From positions 11,761 through 75,760 of the forward strand of contig CALWPD010000002.1 of NCBI GenBank assembly GCA_944383335.1: a stretch of DNA of 64,000 nucleotides. Direction: 5' to 3'. Every line of letters begins with the position of its first letter. The first letter of the stretch is position 1. The notes below the pieces were generated by a model. That model did no database searches. It was not told where the DNA came from and saw nothing but the letters and a program-made list of their open reading frames with translations. Below, piece by piece: positions 27,751 through 41,173 of this stretch. The DNA is from an uncultured Clostridia bacterium (GTDB lineage Bacteria > Bacillota > Clostridia > Christensenellales > UBA1242). Position numbers and translations under genes: made by a program.

Positions 27751-27778
27751 TTGCATAAAATTTTAGATATGATATACT
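27751..27778 (+). promoter_or_regulatory. sigma-A-type promoter abutting the pcrA start codon (leaderless candidate)
   Basis: TTGCAT (27751-27756), 16-nt spacer, TGaTATACT (27770-27778). The ATG at 27785 is 6 nt after the -10 and no SD is present. Confidence 0.5.
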
Positions 27779-27784
27779 AATTAT

Positions 27785-31938
<4,154 letters not shown>

Positions 31939-32008
31939 AAAAATTATTCACAAAATTATATTTTTGTGTTAAACTCATTTAGATTATACAAAGAAGAGGT
32001 GTTTTATT

Positions 32009-32212
32009 ATGATGAACGAACCGCCAATCGACGAATTGGTAAAAAAAATGGACAACAATAAATACAAATTATGTATTATAATGGAAAAGCGTGCTAAAGA
32101 ACTTGAAAAACGCATGCCTGCAGAAATTGAAAAAAGTGATAAAAAAGCAATTAGTCTTGCTGCAGATGAGATATATGAGGGCACGATAATTTCAAGTGAT
32201 GATGTAAAATAA
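32009..32212 (+). CDS. rpoZ: DNA-directed RNA polymerase subunit omega
   Basis: PPIDELVKKMDNNKYKLCIIMEKRAKEL matches the Firmicute RpoZ N-terminus (PSIDxLLxKVDSKYxLVxxAAKRAR). 67 aa. Confidence 0.8.
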   Translation: MMNEPPIDELVKKMDNNKYKLCIIMEKRAKELEKRMPAEIEKSDKKAISLAADEIYEGTIISSDDVK

Positions 32213-32230
32213 GGATGTTGTTTAATTTGT

Positions 32231-32257
32231 GATCACACATTTGTGTGGTCTTTTTTT
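32231..32257 (+). terminator. rho-independent terminator after rpoZ
   Basis: GATCACAC / TTTG-type loop / GTGTGGTC, followed by T7 (32251-32257). Confidence 0.75.
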
Positions 32258-32315
32258 AATATGCCAAATCTTAAAAATACTTTATTTTCATTTTGTTTTG
32301 TGATATCATAAAATT

Positions 32316-34502
32316 ATGATTGCAGAAGTAATTGTTGACATAACAAATTGCACGGTAGATAAAGTGTTTGACTATATCGCATTAGATACCACCAAAGTTG
32401 GTCAAAGAGTTATGGTTCCTTTTGGAAAACGAAATATTCAAGGCTTTGTCATTGCGCTAAAACAGTATTCAGATGTAAGTGATGATAAATTAAAAAAAAT
32501 TCTATATGCAGTGGATGAATATCAAGTAATATTACCTGAGCATATTGAACTTATGCATTTTATGGTAAAAAAGTATCATCTAAGGTTTGTAGACTGTTTA
32601 AGGCTTTTTGTGCCTTCAGAACTTAGAAGCAATGATGTTAAACCATTGATAAAAACTTATGTAAATGTAAGCAAAAACCCAGAAGAATATTCAAAGTCGG
32701 TAAGAAAGAATGCAAAAAATATAATTGCACTATGTGATTATTTAGAAGTTAATAAAAGGTATCTAAAAAATGCATTGACAAAAGAATTTAGCCAAAGTGC
32801 AGTTAATAAATTGATTGATGATGGTGTACTTGAGGTTGTAGAAATTCAGCAACATCGTATTCCGGATTCATATAAAACAGATGAAAATAAGCATATACTT
32901 ACACCAATGCAAAAGCGTGCAACAGACGCAATTTTGAAAAAGAATGATACATATTTGTTGTTTGGTGTTACAGGTAGTGGAAAAACAGAAGTTTATATGT
33001 CGGTTATTGAAAAGATGGTGGCTACAGGTAGAAATGCAATAATGCTTGTGCCTGAGATATCACTTACTCCACAAGTCCTTGCACATTTTCGTGCAAGGTT
33101 TGGAGATAATGTTGCAATACTTCATAGCGGATTAAGTGCTGGAGAACGTTTTGATGAGTGGAGACGTGTGCTTTTTGGGGAAGCAAAAATAGTTTTGGGT
33201 GCACGCTCAGCTATATTTGCACCTATACAAAATGTAGGTATAATTATTATTGATGAAGAGCATGAGACAAGCTACATAAGCGAGTCAAACCCGCGTTATA
33301 ATACATTTGATATAGCAAAGTTTAGAAGTGTATACAATAAATGTTCCTTGGTTCTTGCAAGTGCTACACCGGACATTGACAGTTATCAAAAAGCAATAAA
33401 TGGTGAGTATAAACTATTAAATTTGCCTACTCGAATTAATGATAAGCCTATGCCCAAAATTCAGATTGTTGATATGTTAAGCGAGATTCGAAATGGTAAC
33501 ACTGGTATGTTTTCAAATGTACTTTTATTTGAACTTGACAAATGCATAAAAGAAAAACATCAAGCAATGTTTTTTATAAACCGCAGAGGTTATAGTTCAT
33601 TTATGCGTTGCACAAATTGTGGTTATATTCCAAAATGCAGTGATTGTGATGTAACATTGGTATACCACAAAAAAGAAAATAAACTCAAATGCCACTATTG
33701 TGGCAAGCGCTTTAAAGCATTGACTATTTGTCCAAATTGTAAAAGTACAACAATCAGAAATGGGGCGATTGGTACAGAACAAGTTGTTTCAAAACTTCAC
33801 GAGCTGTATCCAGAAGTGCCAATTTTTCAAATGGACAATGACACGACACGCACGAAAAATGCTTATCAAAAAATTCTTTTTCAATTTAGAACTTCTAAAC
33901 CAGCCATATTGGTTGGTACTCAAATGATAGCAAAAGGTCATGATTTTTCAGATGTTACACTTGTGGGCATAATTGATGCCGATCAGAGTTTATACCATAG
34001 CGATTACAAAAGCACGGAAAAAACATTTGAACTTATAACTCAAATGGCAGGTCGGGCGGGGCGAGATAAGGCAGAAGGTAAGGTAATATTACAAACCTAT
34101 GCACCTAAACATTATGCTTATAGATACATTGCTAATTACGATTATAAAAGTTTTTTTGATAAAGAACTTAGTATTCGAAAAAATACTATGTTTCCACCAT
34201 TTACTACAATACTTAGACTTTTATTTTCATCGCAAAGTGAAGAAATTGTTCGTGAAATAACAAAACTGTGCTATACTGACATTAAGCGTCTTCGTGATGA
34301 ATATATAGATGACTTTGTGTATTTGGATGCAATGAAGAGTCCTATCGCAAAAATAAAAAACAAAATAAGATATCAAATTCTTATGAGAATTAAGCATAAA
34401 AATGAAGATGAGATAATTCAAAAACTCTATGAAATTTGTGATCGTCATGAGAATGCAAAAGTAAGCATGTTTGTGGAGATAAACCCGCAAAATTTAAATT
34501 AA
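32316..34502 (+). CDS. priA: primosomal replication-restart helicase PriA
   Basis: GVTGSGKTEVY Walker A, IIIDEEHE, Cys-rich Zn insertion (CTNCGY..CSDCD...CHYCG...CPNC), AGRAGR. Confidence 0.95.
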   Translation: MIAEVIVDITNCTVDKVFDYIALDTTKVGQRVMVPFGKRNIQGFVIALKQYSDVSDDKLKKILYAVDEYQVILPEHIELMHFMVKKYHLRFVDCLRLFVPSELRSNDVKPLIKTYVNVSKNPEEYSKSVRKNAKNIIALCDYLEVNKRYLKNALTKEFSQSAVNKLIDDGVLEVVEIQQHRIPDSYKTDENKHILTPMQKRATDAILKKNDTYLLFGVTGSGKTEVYMSVIEKMVATGRNAIMLVPEISLTPQVLAHFRARFGDNVAILHSGLSAGERFDEWRRVLFGEAKIVLGARSAIFAPIQNVGIIIIDEEHETSYISESNPRYNTFDIAKFRSVYNKCSLVLASATPDIDSYQKAINGEYKLLNLPTRINDKPMPKIQIVDMLSEIRNGNTGMFSNVLLFELDKCIKEKHQAMFFINRRGYSSFMRCTNCGYIPKCSDCDVTLVYHKKENKLKCHYCGKRFKALTICPNCKSTTIRNGAIGTEQVVSKLHELYPEVPIFQMDNDTTRTKNAYQKILFQFRTSKPAILVGTQMIAKGHDFSDVTLVGIIDADQSLYHSDYKSTEKTFELITQMAGRAGRDKAEGKVILQTYAPKHYAYRYIANYDYKSFFDKELSIRKNTMFPPFTTILRLLFSSQSEEIVREITKLCYTDIKRLRDEYIDDFVYLDAMKSPIAKIKNKIRYQILMRIKHKNEDEIIQKLYEICDRHENAKVSMFVEINPQNLN

Positions 34503-34514
34503 AGGAGATTTTAT

Positions 34515-34964
34515 ATGGCAGTTAGAGAAGTGATACAAAAATCAGACGAAATACTGAGAAAGCATAGTAAAGAAGTTAAGGTTTTTGACAAAAAATTGGA
34601 ACAACTGATTGATGATATGTGGGAAACAATGTATACAAATGATGGTATGGGACTCGCGGCAGTTCAAGTGGGTATATTAAAACGCGTTATAGTAATGGAT
34701 GTGAATAATATGAAACTTGAGCTTGTTAATCCTGAAATTATTAGTCAAAGTGGTTGTGATATAGAAGAAGAAGGTTGTCTTAGTTGTGGCAAAATTAGAG
34801 GGAAAGTAGAGCGTCCAATGGTTGTAACCGTAAGTGCGCAAGATAGGTATGGGTTCAAATTTCAAATTACAGGAGAGAAATATCTTGCAAGATGTCTTTG
34901 TCATGAGATTGACCATTTAAATGGCATTCTATTTATAGACAAAATCGTAAAGGAGCAAATATGA
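34515..34964 (+). CDS. def: peptide deformylase
   Basis: GLAAVQVG, EGCLS and HEIDHLNG motifs. Confidence 0.95.
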   Translation: MAVREVIQKSDEILRKHSKEVKVFDKKLEQLIDDMWETMYTNDGMGLAAVQVGILKRVIVMDVNNMKLELVNPEIISQSGCDIEEEGCLSCGKIRGKVERPMVVTVSAQDRYGFKFQITGEKYLARCLCHEIDHLNGILFIDKIVKEQI

Positions 34965-35895
34965 AAGTAATATTCCTTGGGACCTCTGAATTTTCTTGTA
35001 TTTGTCTTGATTATATACTAAAATCCAGTCATAATGTGGTTGCTGTAGTAACGCAACCAGATAAGGCTTCGGGAAGAGGACATAAACTTGTTGAACCGGA
35101 AATAAAAAAAATGGCAAAACAAAATAATCTCCCCGTTTTTCAATTTGAAAAAATAAGGAGAGATGGTGTTAATTACTTAAAAGAAATTGACGCAGACATA
35201 ATGGTGACGGCATCCTATGGACAAATACTTAGTCAAGAGATAATAGATATTTGCCCTCATAAGGTAATAAATGTCCACGCATCACTTTTACCAAAATATC
35301 GTGGAGCTTCCCCAATCCAATATGCGCTTTTAAACGGAGATGAAGTAACGGGCGTTACTATTATGAGAACTGAAGCGGGTATTGACACGGGCGATATGTT
35401 AATTTCAAGTAAGGTTAAATTGATAATGATGACAATTTTGAGACTTTGACAAAAAAACTTGCAAATGAAGGGGGAAAGTTAGTTGTTAAGGCTCTAAATA
35501 TGTTGCAAAATAATAACAATTTGACTTGGATACCACAAAATGAGAAAGAGGCAACATTTACAAAGATGATTAAAAGTGAAGATACTATTCTTGATTTTAA
35601 TCATTCGGCAAAACAACTTGTGAACTTAACTCGTGCATTTTCTCCAAATCTTGGAGCAAAATTTAATATAGGAGAAAACACATACAAGGTTTTTAAACTT
35701 AGCGAAATCGCTTTAAATTCACAACTTCCAAATGGGACAATAGTTGAAGCATCACCTAAAAAAGGACTTGTAATAAAGTGCCAGGATGGTGCTGTTATTG
35801 TTGAATTATTACAGGCGCCAGGTGGAAAAGTAATGCCTGCAAAAAGTTTTTTAAATGGGAAAAAAATTGAAATAGGGATAGTTGCAAATGCTTAA
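34961..35895 (+). pseudogene. fmt: methionyl-tRNA formyltransferase interrupted by a 1-nt frameshift (ORFs 34961..35449 and 35446..35895)
   Basis: The N-terminal ORF carries HASLLPKYRGASPIQ and TGVTIM. Its frame ends ...SSKVKLIMMTILRL*. The -1 frame reads *IDNDDNFETLTKKLANEGG... from 35419, giving a continuous Fmt. One extra A in the AAA run at 35417-35419 would restore the frame. Confidence 0.85.
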
Positions 35896-36928
35896 TTTAC
35901 TAGATTTGTCATATGATGAATTAGAACAAGTTCTACGGGGACTAAATCAACCAAAATACAGAGTCTCTCAACTCTATGATGCATTAGTTTTGTATAAGGA
36001 GCCTAATAAAATAACCAATATTCCAAAGTCGCTTATTGATATTTTATCTAACCAATATATATTCTTGCCACTAAAAATATATAAGTCCATTACAAGTAAG
36101 GATGGAACGACCAAATTTTTGTATAAACTAAAGGACGGAAATTTAATTGAAGGTGTACTTATGAAATATAAGTATGGCAATACGCTTTGCGTTTCGACAC
36201 AAGTCGGTTGCAGAATGGGTTGTAAATTTTGTGCTTCTACACTCGGTGGACTTATTCGAAATCTTACAAATGGCGAAATATTGGCGCAAGTGTTATGTGT
36301 AAATGCATATCTAGAAGGAACAAGGGATAAACGGCAAATCACAAATGTTGTGCTTATGGGTAGTGGCGAACCTCTTGATAACTACAACAATGTGATTAAA
36401 TTTTTGCGATGCGTTGCTGATAAGCGTGGTATAGGAATTAGTCAACGAAATATATCGCTTTCAACTTGTGGTCTTGTGGATAAAATAGATCAATTAAAAG
36501 AAGAAAATTTGCAAATAACGCTTACAATTTCATTGCACGCACCAAATGATCAAATAAGAAAACAAATAATGCCAATAGCAAACAAATATTCAATAAAAGA
36601 AATAATAGATAGTTCAAAGAGATATTTCATCAAGACTAAACGCAGAATAGTGTTTGAGTATGCTTTAATTGAAGGCAAAAATGATAGTTATGATTGTGCT
36701 GACGAGCTATCGACACTTATGCGAGGATTTTCAAATCATGTTAATTTAATTCCGTTGAACGAAGTGAAAGAAAGAGGGTTGAAAGGCACTACAAAACATC
36801 GTGCATATGCCTTTATGGAACGGTTAAAGGAGCATAATGTGAGCGCTACGATAAGAAGAACGATGGGTGAAGATATAGAAGGAGCCTGTGGACAGCTGAG
36901 AGCAAAAGTGTTGTCAGACATACAATAA
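35882..36928 (+). CDS. rlmN: 23S rRNA/tRNA (adenine-C2)-methyltransferase RlmN (radical SAM)
   Basis: CVSTQVGCRMGCKFCAS radical-SAM cluster, GSGEPLDN, and C-terminal catalytic Cys (EGACGQL). Confidence 0.93.
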   Translation: MQMLNLLDLSYDELEQVLRGLNQPKYRVSQLYDALVLYKEPNKITNIPKSLIDILSNQYIFLPLKIYKSITSKDGTTKFLYKLKDGNLIEGVLMKYKYGNTLCVSTQVGCRMGCKFCASTLGGLIRNLTNGEILAQVLCVNAYLEGTRDKRQITNVVLMGSGEPLDNYNNVIKFLRCVADKRGIGISQRNISLSTCGLVDKIDQLKEENLQITLTISLHAPNDQIRKQIMPIANKYSIKEIIDSSKRYFIKTKRRIVFEYALIEGKNDSYDCADELSTLMRGFSNHVNLIPLNEVKERGLKGTTKHRAYAFMERLKEHNVSATIRRTMGEDIEGACGQLRAKVLSDIQ

Positions 36929-36929
36929 A

Positions 36930-36957
36930 GTGTATTATGCAAAAACGCATAATACAT
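36930..36957 (+). promoter_or_regulatory. stable intercistronic hairpin between rlmN and rsgA
   Basis: TGTATTATGC (36931-36940) / AAAAAC / GCATAATACA (36947-36956), a perfect 10-bp stem extendable by G-U. The U-tract is weak (TTAT). Confidence 0.4.
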
Positions 36958-36971
36958 TATGTGGTGTATAT

Positions 36972-37844
36972 ATGGAAAATATAGTAATAAAAATAATGTC
37001 TAATAATTTTTGGGTGAGACTTGCAAATGGTGAGATTGTTGTTGCCAAACCACGAGGTACGCTTAAATCACGTGGGATTTTTGTTGGCGACAAAGTATTT
37101 TTAAATAAAGTTCTTAATGACTATACAATCGACAAAGTTTACACTAGGAAAAATTTGCTTGTAAGACCTCCACTTGCCAATCTTGACGAACTTATTATTG
37201 TGCTTGCAGGGATACCAAAACCCGACTTTTATATTTTAGATAAACTCATATTATTCGCATATGCATATGGAATTGAACCAATACTTGTTGTAAACAAGCA
37301 AGACATAAATTTAGATATAAATGAATATGTAAAAACAGTGTACGAACCTATTATTAAAGTTATTTACATTTCTGCAAAATCAGGGCTAGGTTTTGAGCAA
37401 TTAAAAGATGCCATAAAATTTAAGATAAGTGCACTTGCAGGACAATCTGCAGTGGGGAAAAGTGCAATAGTTAACCGTATCTTTGGTAAAAATATTTCAA
37501 AAGAAGGAGATTTGAGTGAAAAAATTAATCGAGGCAAAAATACAACAAGGCATTGTGAGATTTTCACAAAATGGGATTTACTAATCGCCGACACGGCTGG
37601 TTTTACAGCTCTTGACGAAACACTGCTTCCTATTCCGTATTTTGAACTGCCATTATATTATAAAGATTATATTTCGTACATGCCAAAATGTAAATATTCT
37701 GATTGCAAACATATAAATGAAAATGTTTGTGATTGTGCAGTTAAATGTGCTGTTCAAAATGGACAACTTGACAATGGTCGTTATAAAAGATACACTGAAA
37801 TCTATAAAGCATTAGAACAAAAGTGGGTAAAAACGCATGGATAA
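36972..37844 (+). CDS. rsgA: ribosome small-subunit-dependent GTPase A (circularly permuted)
   Basis: VVNKQD (G4) precedes GQSAVGKSAIVN (G1). GKNTTRH. C-terminal Zn cluster C..C.H....C. ATG 36972 lies after the hairpin; the track start at 36930 is GTG inside the hairpin. Confidence 0.9.
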   Translation: MENIVIKIMSNNFWVRLANGEIVVAKPRGTLKSRGIFVGDKVFLNKVLNDYTIDKVYTRKNLLVRPPLANLDELIIVLAGIPKPDFYILDKLILFAYAYGIEPILVVNKQDINLDINEYVKTVYEPIIKVIYISAKSGLGFEQLKDAIKFKISALAGQSAVGKSAIVNRIFGKNISKEGDLSEKINRGKNTTRHCEIFTKWDLLIADTAGFTALDETLLPIPYFELPLYYKDYISYMPKCKYSDCKHINENVCDCAVKCAVQNGQLDNGRYKRYTEIYKALEQKWVKTHG

Positions 37845-38496
37845 AACAATATTGATTGCACCATCAACTGATCCAATAAAATCAGTAAACGCAATAATAG
37901 ATTATGCTGAGTCAGTTAAGCATGATGCTGATTTTTTGCATTGCGATATTATGGATGGTGTTTTTGTTGAAAACAAAACTTATTCTTTTAGAGCACTAAG
38001 AGCGATAAATGAAAAGACATTGCTTCCGCTAGATGTGCATCTTATGATTGACAATCCAACCAAACATATCAATGATTTTTTAAATGCAGGAGCAAATATT
38101 TTGACTGTTCACTATGAGGCTTATAAGAACAAAGAACAACTTATAAAAGATTTAAAACACATACAAGAATTTGGCGCGCTTTCTGGGCTAAGTATAAAAC
38201 CACATACATCAGTAAGCGAGATTATTCCATATCTTTATTACATTGATGTGGTTTTGGTGATGAGTGTAGAACCTGGAAAAAGCGGACAAAAATTTATTGA
38301 AAGCACATATGAAAAAGTTGCGCAGTTAAATAAAATAAAAATTGATTATGATGTTGATTTTAAAATTGAAGTCGATGGAGGAGTCAACCCAAGCATTAGT
38401 CGCAATCTAAAAAAGTTTGGTGCAGATATTTTAGTGAGTGGAAGTTATATTTATGAAAGTGAGAATAGATTAGAAGCCATTTCTAGTTTACGCTGA
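37837..38496 (+). CDS. rpe: ribulose-phosphate 3-epimerase
   Basis: HCDIMDGVFV, DVHLM, MSVEPGKSGQKF and VDGGV motifs. Confidence 0.93.
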   Translation: MDKTILIAPSTDPIKSVNAIIDYAESVKHDADFLHCDIMDGVFVENKTYSFRALRAINEKTLLPLDVHLMIDNPTKHINDFLNAGANILTVHYEAYKNKEQLIKDLKHIQEFGALSGLSIKPHTSVSEIIPYLYYIDVVLVMSVEPGKSGQKFIESTYEKVAQLNKIKIDYDVDFKIEVDGGVNPSISRNLKKFGADILVSGSYIYESENRLEAISSLR

Positions 38497-38637
38497 CACC
38501 ACATTTCAAACTTTGGCATATTATTATACGAGGTGAAGAATATGAAAATATTTTGTTTCAAAATGCCAAAGTTTTTGTCTGGAATAGTTAAGATTATATT
38601 TAAAAAATCTGTTATAAAATAATAACTTTTTATACAT

Positions 38638-38660
38638 AAAAAAACTCACCATGCGGTGAG
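38638..38660 (-). terminator. rho-independent terminator of rpmB
   Basis: On the minus strand: CTCACC / GCAT / GGTGAG followed by T7 (the plus-strand A-run at 38638-38644). Confidence 0.75.
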
Positions 38661-38668
38661 AAATATCG

Positions 38669-38851
38669 TTATGCTTTTTTTGATGTTTTAATGCATTTTG
38701 TGCAAGCCTTGACAGTTTTTTCTTGACCATCAACAGTAATTGTTGTTTTTTGTAAATTAACTTCATATGTTCTGTTTGATTTACGGTTGCTGTGGCTTAC
38801 ATTATGACCGGACATTTTTCCTTTTCCACATATTTCACAAACTCTGCTCAT
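38669..38851 (-). CDS. rpmB: 50S ribosomal protein L28
   Basis: MSRVCEICGKGKMSGHNVSHSNRKSNRTYEVNLQ is the canonical L28 sequence. 60 aa; GGAGG SD. Confidence 0.95.
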   Translation of the reverse strand: MSRVCEICGKGKMSGHNVSHSNRKSNRTYEVNLQKTTITVDGQEKTVKACTKCIKTSKKA

Positions 38852-38994
38852 AATTCCTCCGCTTTCTAAATTTACATCGCATATATTATCATTTTTTTAA
38901 AAACAAATCAAGGGTTTTGTCTCAATTTTTCGAAAAAGTGGCAAAAAATACTTGAAGTATTTAAAATATTGTTGTATATTAACATTGCGTTCGT

Positions 38995-39363
38995 ATGCTT
39001 AAAAGGAAACAAAATTTGGTAGAAACAAACAATTTCTATGGCAAAATTACTATTTCTGATGAGGCGATTGCTTCGGTCGCTGGTTTTGCCACGCTTGATT
39101 CCTATGGAGTCGTGGATCTCGTGTCCCGAAACCTAAAAGACGGCATTCGAGAGTTATTAGTTAAGCAACCATATTCACGTGGTATTAAGATATCAAATGT
39201 AGAAAATAGAATATCCATCGACATTTACTGTATATTGAAGTATGGTATTTCTGTCAGCGCTGTTGCCGAAAGTTTAAAAAAGACTATCAAATATAGTGTT
39301 GAGGATTTTACTGGAATGATTGTTGACGCTGTCAATATACATGTCGTTGGCGTAAGAGTTTAG
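38995..39363 (+). CDS. Asp23/Gls24-family alkaline shock protein (YloU-like)
   Basis: GKITISDEAIASVAGFATLDSYGVV signature. Pairs with the downstream DAK2 protein as yloU-yloV do. The start is uncertain; a TTG at about 39016 is also possible. Confidence 0.85.
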   Translation: MLKRKQNLVETNNFYGKITISDEAIASVAGFATLDSYGVVDLVSRNLKDGIRELLVKQPYSRGIKISNVENRISIDIYCILKYGISVSAVAESLKKTIKYSVEDFTGMIVDAVNIHVVGVRV

Positions 39364-39372
39364 GAGATAAAT

Positions 39373-41013
39373 ATGCAAAAGTCCATTAACGGCGCAACCT
39401 TTAAAAAGATGATTTTCGGTGGCGTTTCGTTACTTGATCAAAATAAACAATTAGTTGATTCGCTCAATGTGTTCCCAGTTCCAGATGGCGACACAGGCAC
39501 AAATATGTTTCTCACAATGAAGTCAGCAGGAAATGAAGTCAATAATTGTCCTGACAATACCTTTCAAACAATTTGTGGAGCATTTGCAAAGGGTGCTTTG
39601 CGTGGAGCAAGAGGAAATTCTGGAGTTATAACGTCGCAAATAGTGAAAGGTATGTGTTCCGTGCTTGGTAATGTAGAGTCAATTACACCAAAAAATTTTG
39701 CAAAAGCCATGACAGAGGGCACAAAAGTAGCCTACAAAGCTGTTACAAAGCCAAAAGAAGGCACTATTCTTACTGTGATAAGGGTGATGAGTGAACAGGC
39801 AGTTGAAATTGCCAAAAAAGTTAGTGACCTTGAAGAATTTTTAAAGCGTGTTTTGGAAAAGGGTGAAGAAATTCTTCAACAGACTCCAGAAATGTTGCCG
39901 GTATTAAAAAAAGCTGGCGTTGTTGATTCTGGCGGAAGAGGTCTTATAGTTATATTCACAGGGTTTTACAAAGCACTTATTGGCGAAACCGATTTTTCAA
40001 ATATAACATTTAATGATGGACAACCAGTTCAAACTGCAGATGATGTCATTGCCGATATTAACAATTTGGCTGAAATTGAATATGGATATTGTACTGAGTA
40101 CATGATTATAAATATGAACAAAAAGACCACAGAAGCGGATATAGAAAAATTAAAAGAAAAACTTATGTCCATTGGTGATTCTGTACTTTGTATTGGTGAT
40201 TTGTTATTGGTAAAAGTCCATGTACACACAAATCAACCGAACCTTGCACTTGGATATGCGCTAGAACTCGGTGAACTTTATAATCTAAAAATTGAGAATA
40301 TGCGTGAGCAAAATCGTCAGCTCAAGAAAAAAGCGGGTCAAAAACAAGAAAATTTAAAAGAACTGGGCATGGTTTCTGTTGCACCAGGCAAAGGAATTGC
40401 TGACCTTATGAAAGACCTTTTAATTGATGAAATTATTCAGGGTGGTCAAACAATGAATCCGAGTGCTGCAGATATAGCGCAAGCAGTGGATAAAGTTCCT
40501 GCCAAAACAGTTTTTGTGTTTCCAAACAATAAAAACATAACCCTTGCATGTGAGCAGGCCAAAGGCTTAACAACTAAGAATTTAGTTGTTATTCCAACCA
40601 AAAACATTCCAGAAGGTATTTCAGCATCACTTGCATTCAATCCTGAAGGCACAGTTGAAGAAAATACCGAAAGTATGAAAAATGCCTATAAAAATGTTAA
40701 GAGTGCATCAGTAACATATGCTGTGCGTTCTACGCATGTTGACGGTTTTGACCTATCTGTAGGTGAAATTATAGGGCTTGACGATAAGACAATTTTGGCT
40801 AAGGGCGATCTTGTTGGACCCACAACAGAAGATCTTATCAGCAAAATGATTGATGAAAGCGTAGTAAGTATAACACTGTTTTATGGAGAAGATGTAAATC
40901 AGCAGGATGCTGAAGCACTTCGAGATACTCTTGCGAATAAGTATCCAGAATGTGAAGTTACTATAATTGATGGTGGACAACCTGTATATTACTATATCAT
41001 ATCAATGGAGTAG
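39373..41013 (+). CDS. yloV: DAK2 domain fusion protein YloV-like
   Basis: DGDTGTNM DAK2 motif near the N-terminus; 546 aa with a DegV-like C-terminal half; conserved yloU-yloV pairing. Confidence 0.9.
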   Translation: MQKSINGATFKKMIFGGVSLLDQNKQLVDSLNVFPVPDGDTGTNMFLTMKSAGNEVNNCPDNTFQTICGAFAKGALRGARGNSGVITSQIVKGMCSVLGNVESITPKNFAKAMTEGTKVAYKAVTKPKEGTILTVIRVMSEQAVEIAKKVSDLEEFLKRVLEKGEEILQQTPEMLPVLKKAGVVDSGGRGLIVIFTGFYKALIGETDFSNITFNDGQPVQTADDVIADINNLAEIEYGYCTEYMIINMNKKTTEADIEKLKEKLMSIGDSVLCIGDLLLVKVHVHTNQPNLALGYALELGELYNLKIENMREQNRQLKKKAGQKQENLKELGMVSVAPGKGIADLMKDLLIDEIIQGGQTMNPSAADIAQAVDKVPAKTVFVFPNNKNITLACEQAKGLTTKNLVVIPTKNIPEGISASLAFNPEGTVEENTESMKNAYKNVKSASVTYAVRSTHVDGFDLSVGEIIGLDDKTILAKGDLVGPTTEDLISKMIDESVVSITLFYGEDVNQQDAEALRDTLANKYPECEVTIIDGGQPVYYYIISME

Positions 41014-41141
41014 TTTATCTTAACAGTTGAGGCTTAGGTTGTTGAAAACGGTAATGGTTTATTTTAAGAAAGGTAGCTAATTTATACTTGGTCATTTGAG
41101 TTTCACCATTTTATACACCTATTTTGTTTGTATGCAGTCTG

Positions 41142-41173
41142 ACCACCAGTTAAACTGGTGGTTTTTGTTTTTT
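41142..41173 (+). terminator. rho-independent terminator about 130 nt after yloV
   Basis: ACCACCAGT / TAA / ACTGGTGGT followed by TTTTGTTTTTT. Confidence 0.8.

Noticed and set aside
35414-35421. Programmed -1 ribosomal frameshift in fmt
   Set aside because: There is no X XXY YYZ slippery heptamer and no downstream stimulatory structure. A simple 1-nt deletion in an A-run explains the shift.
38524-38766. 80-aa minus-strand ORF between rpe and rpmB
   Set aside because: It overlaps the 3' end of rpmB in another frame and runs through the rpmB terminator hairpin. It is basic and low-complexity and most likely spurious.
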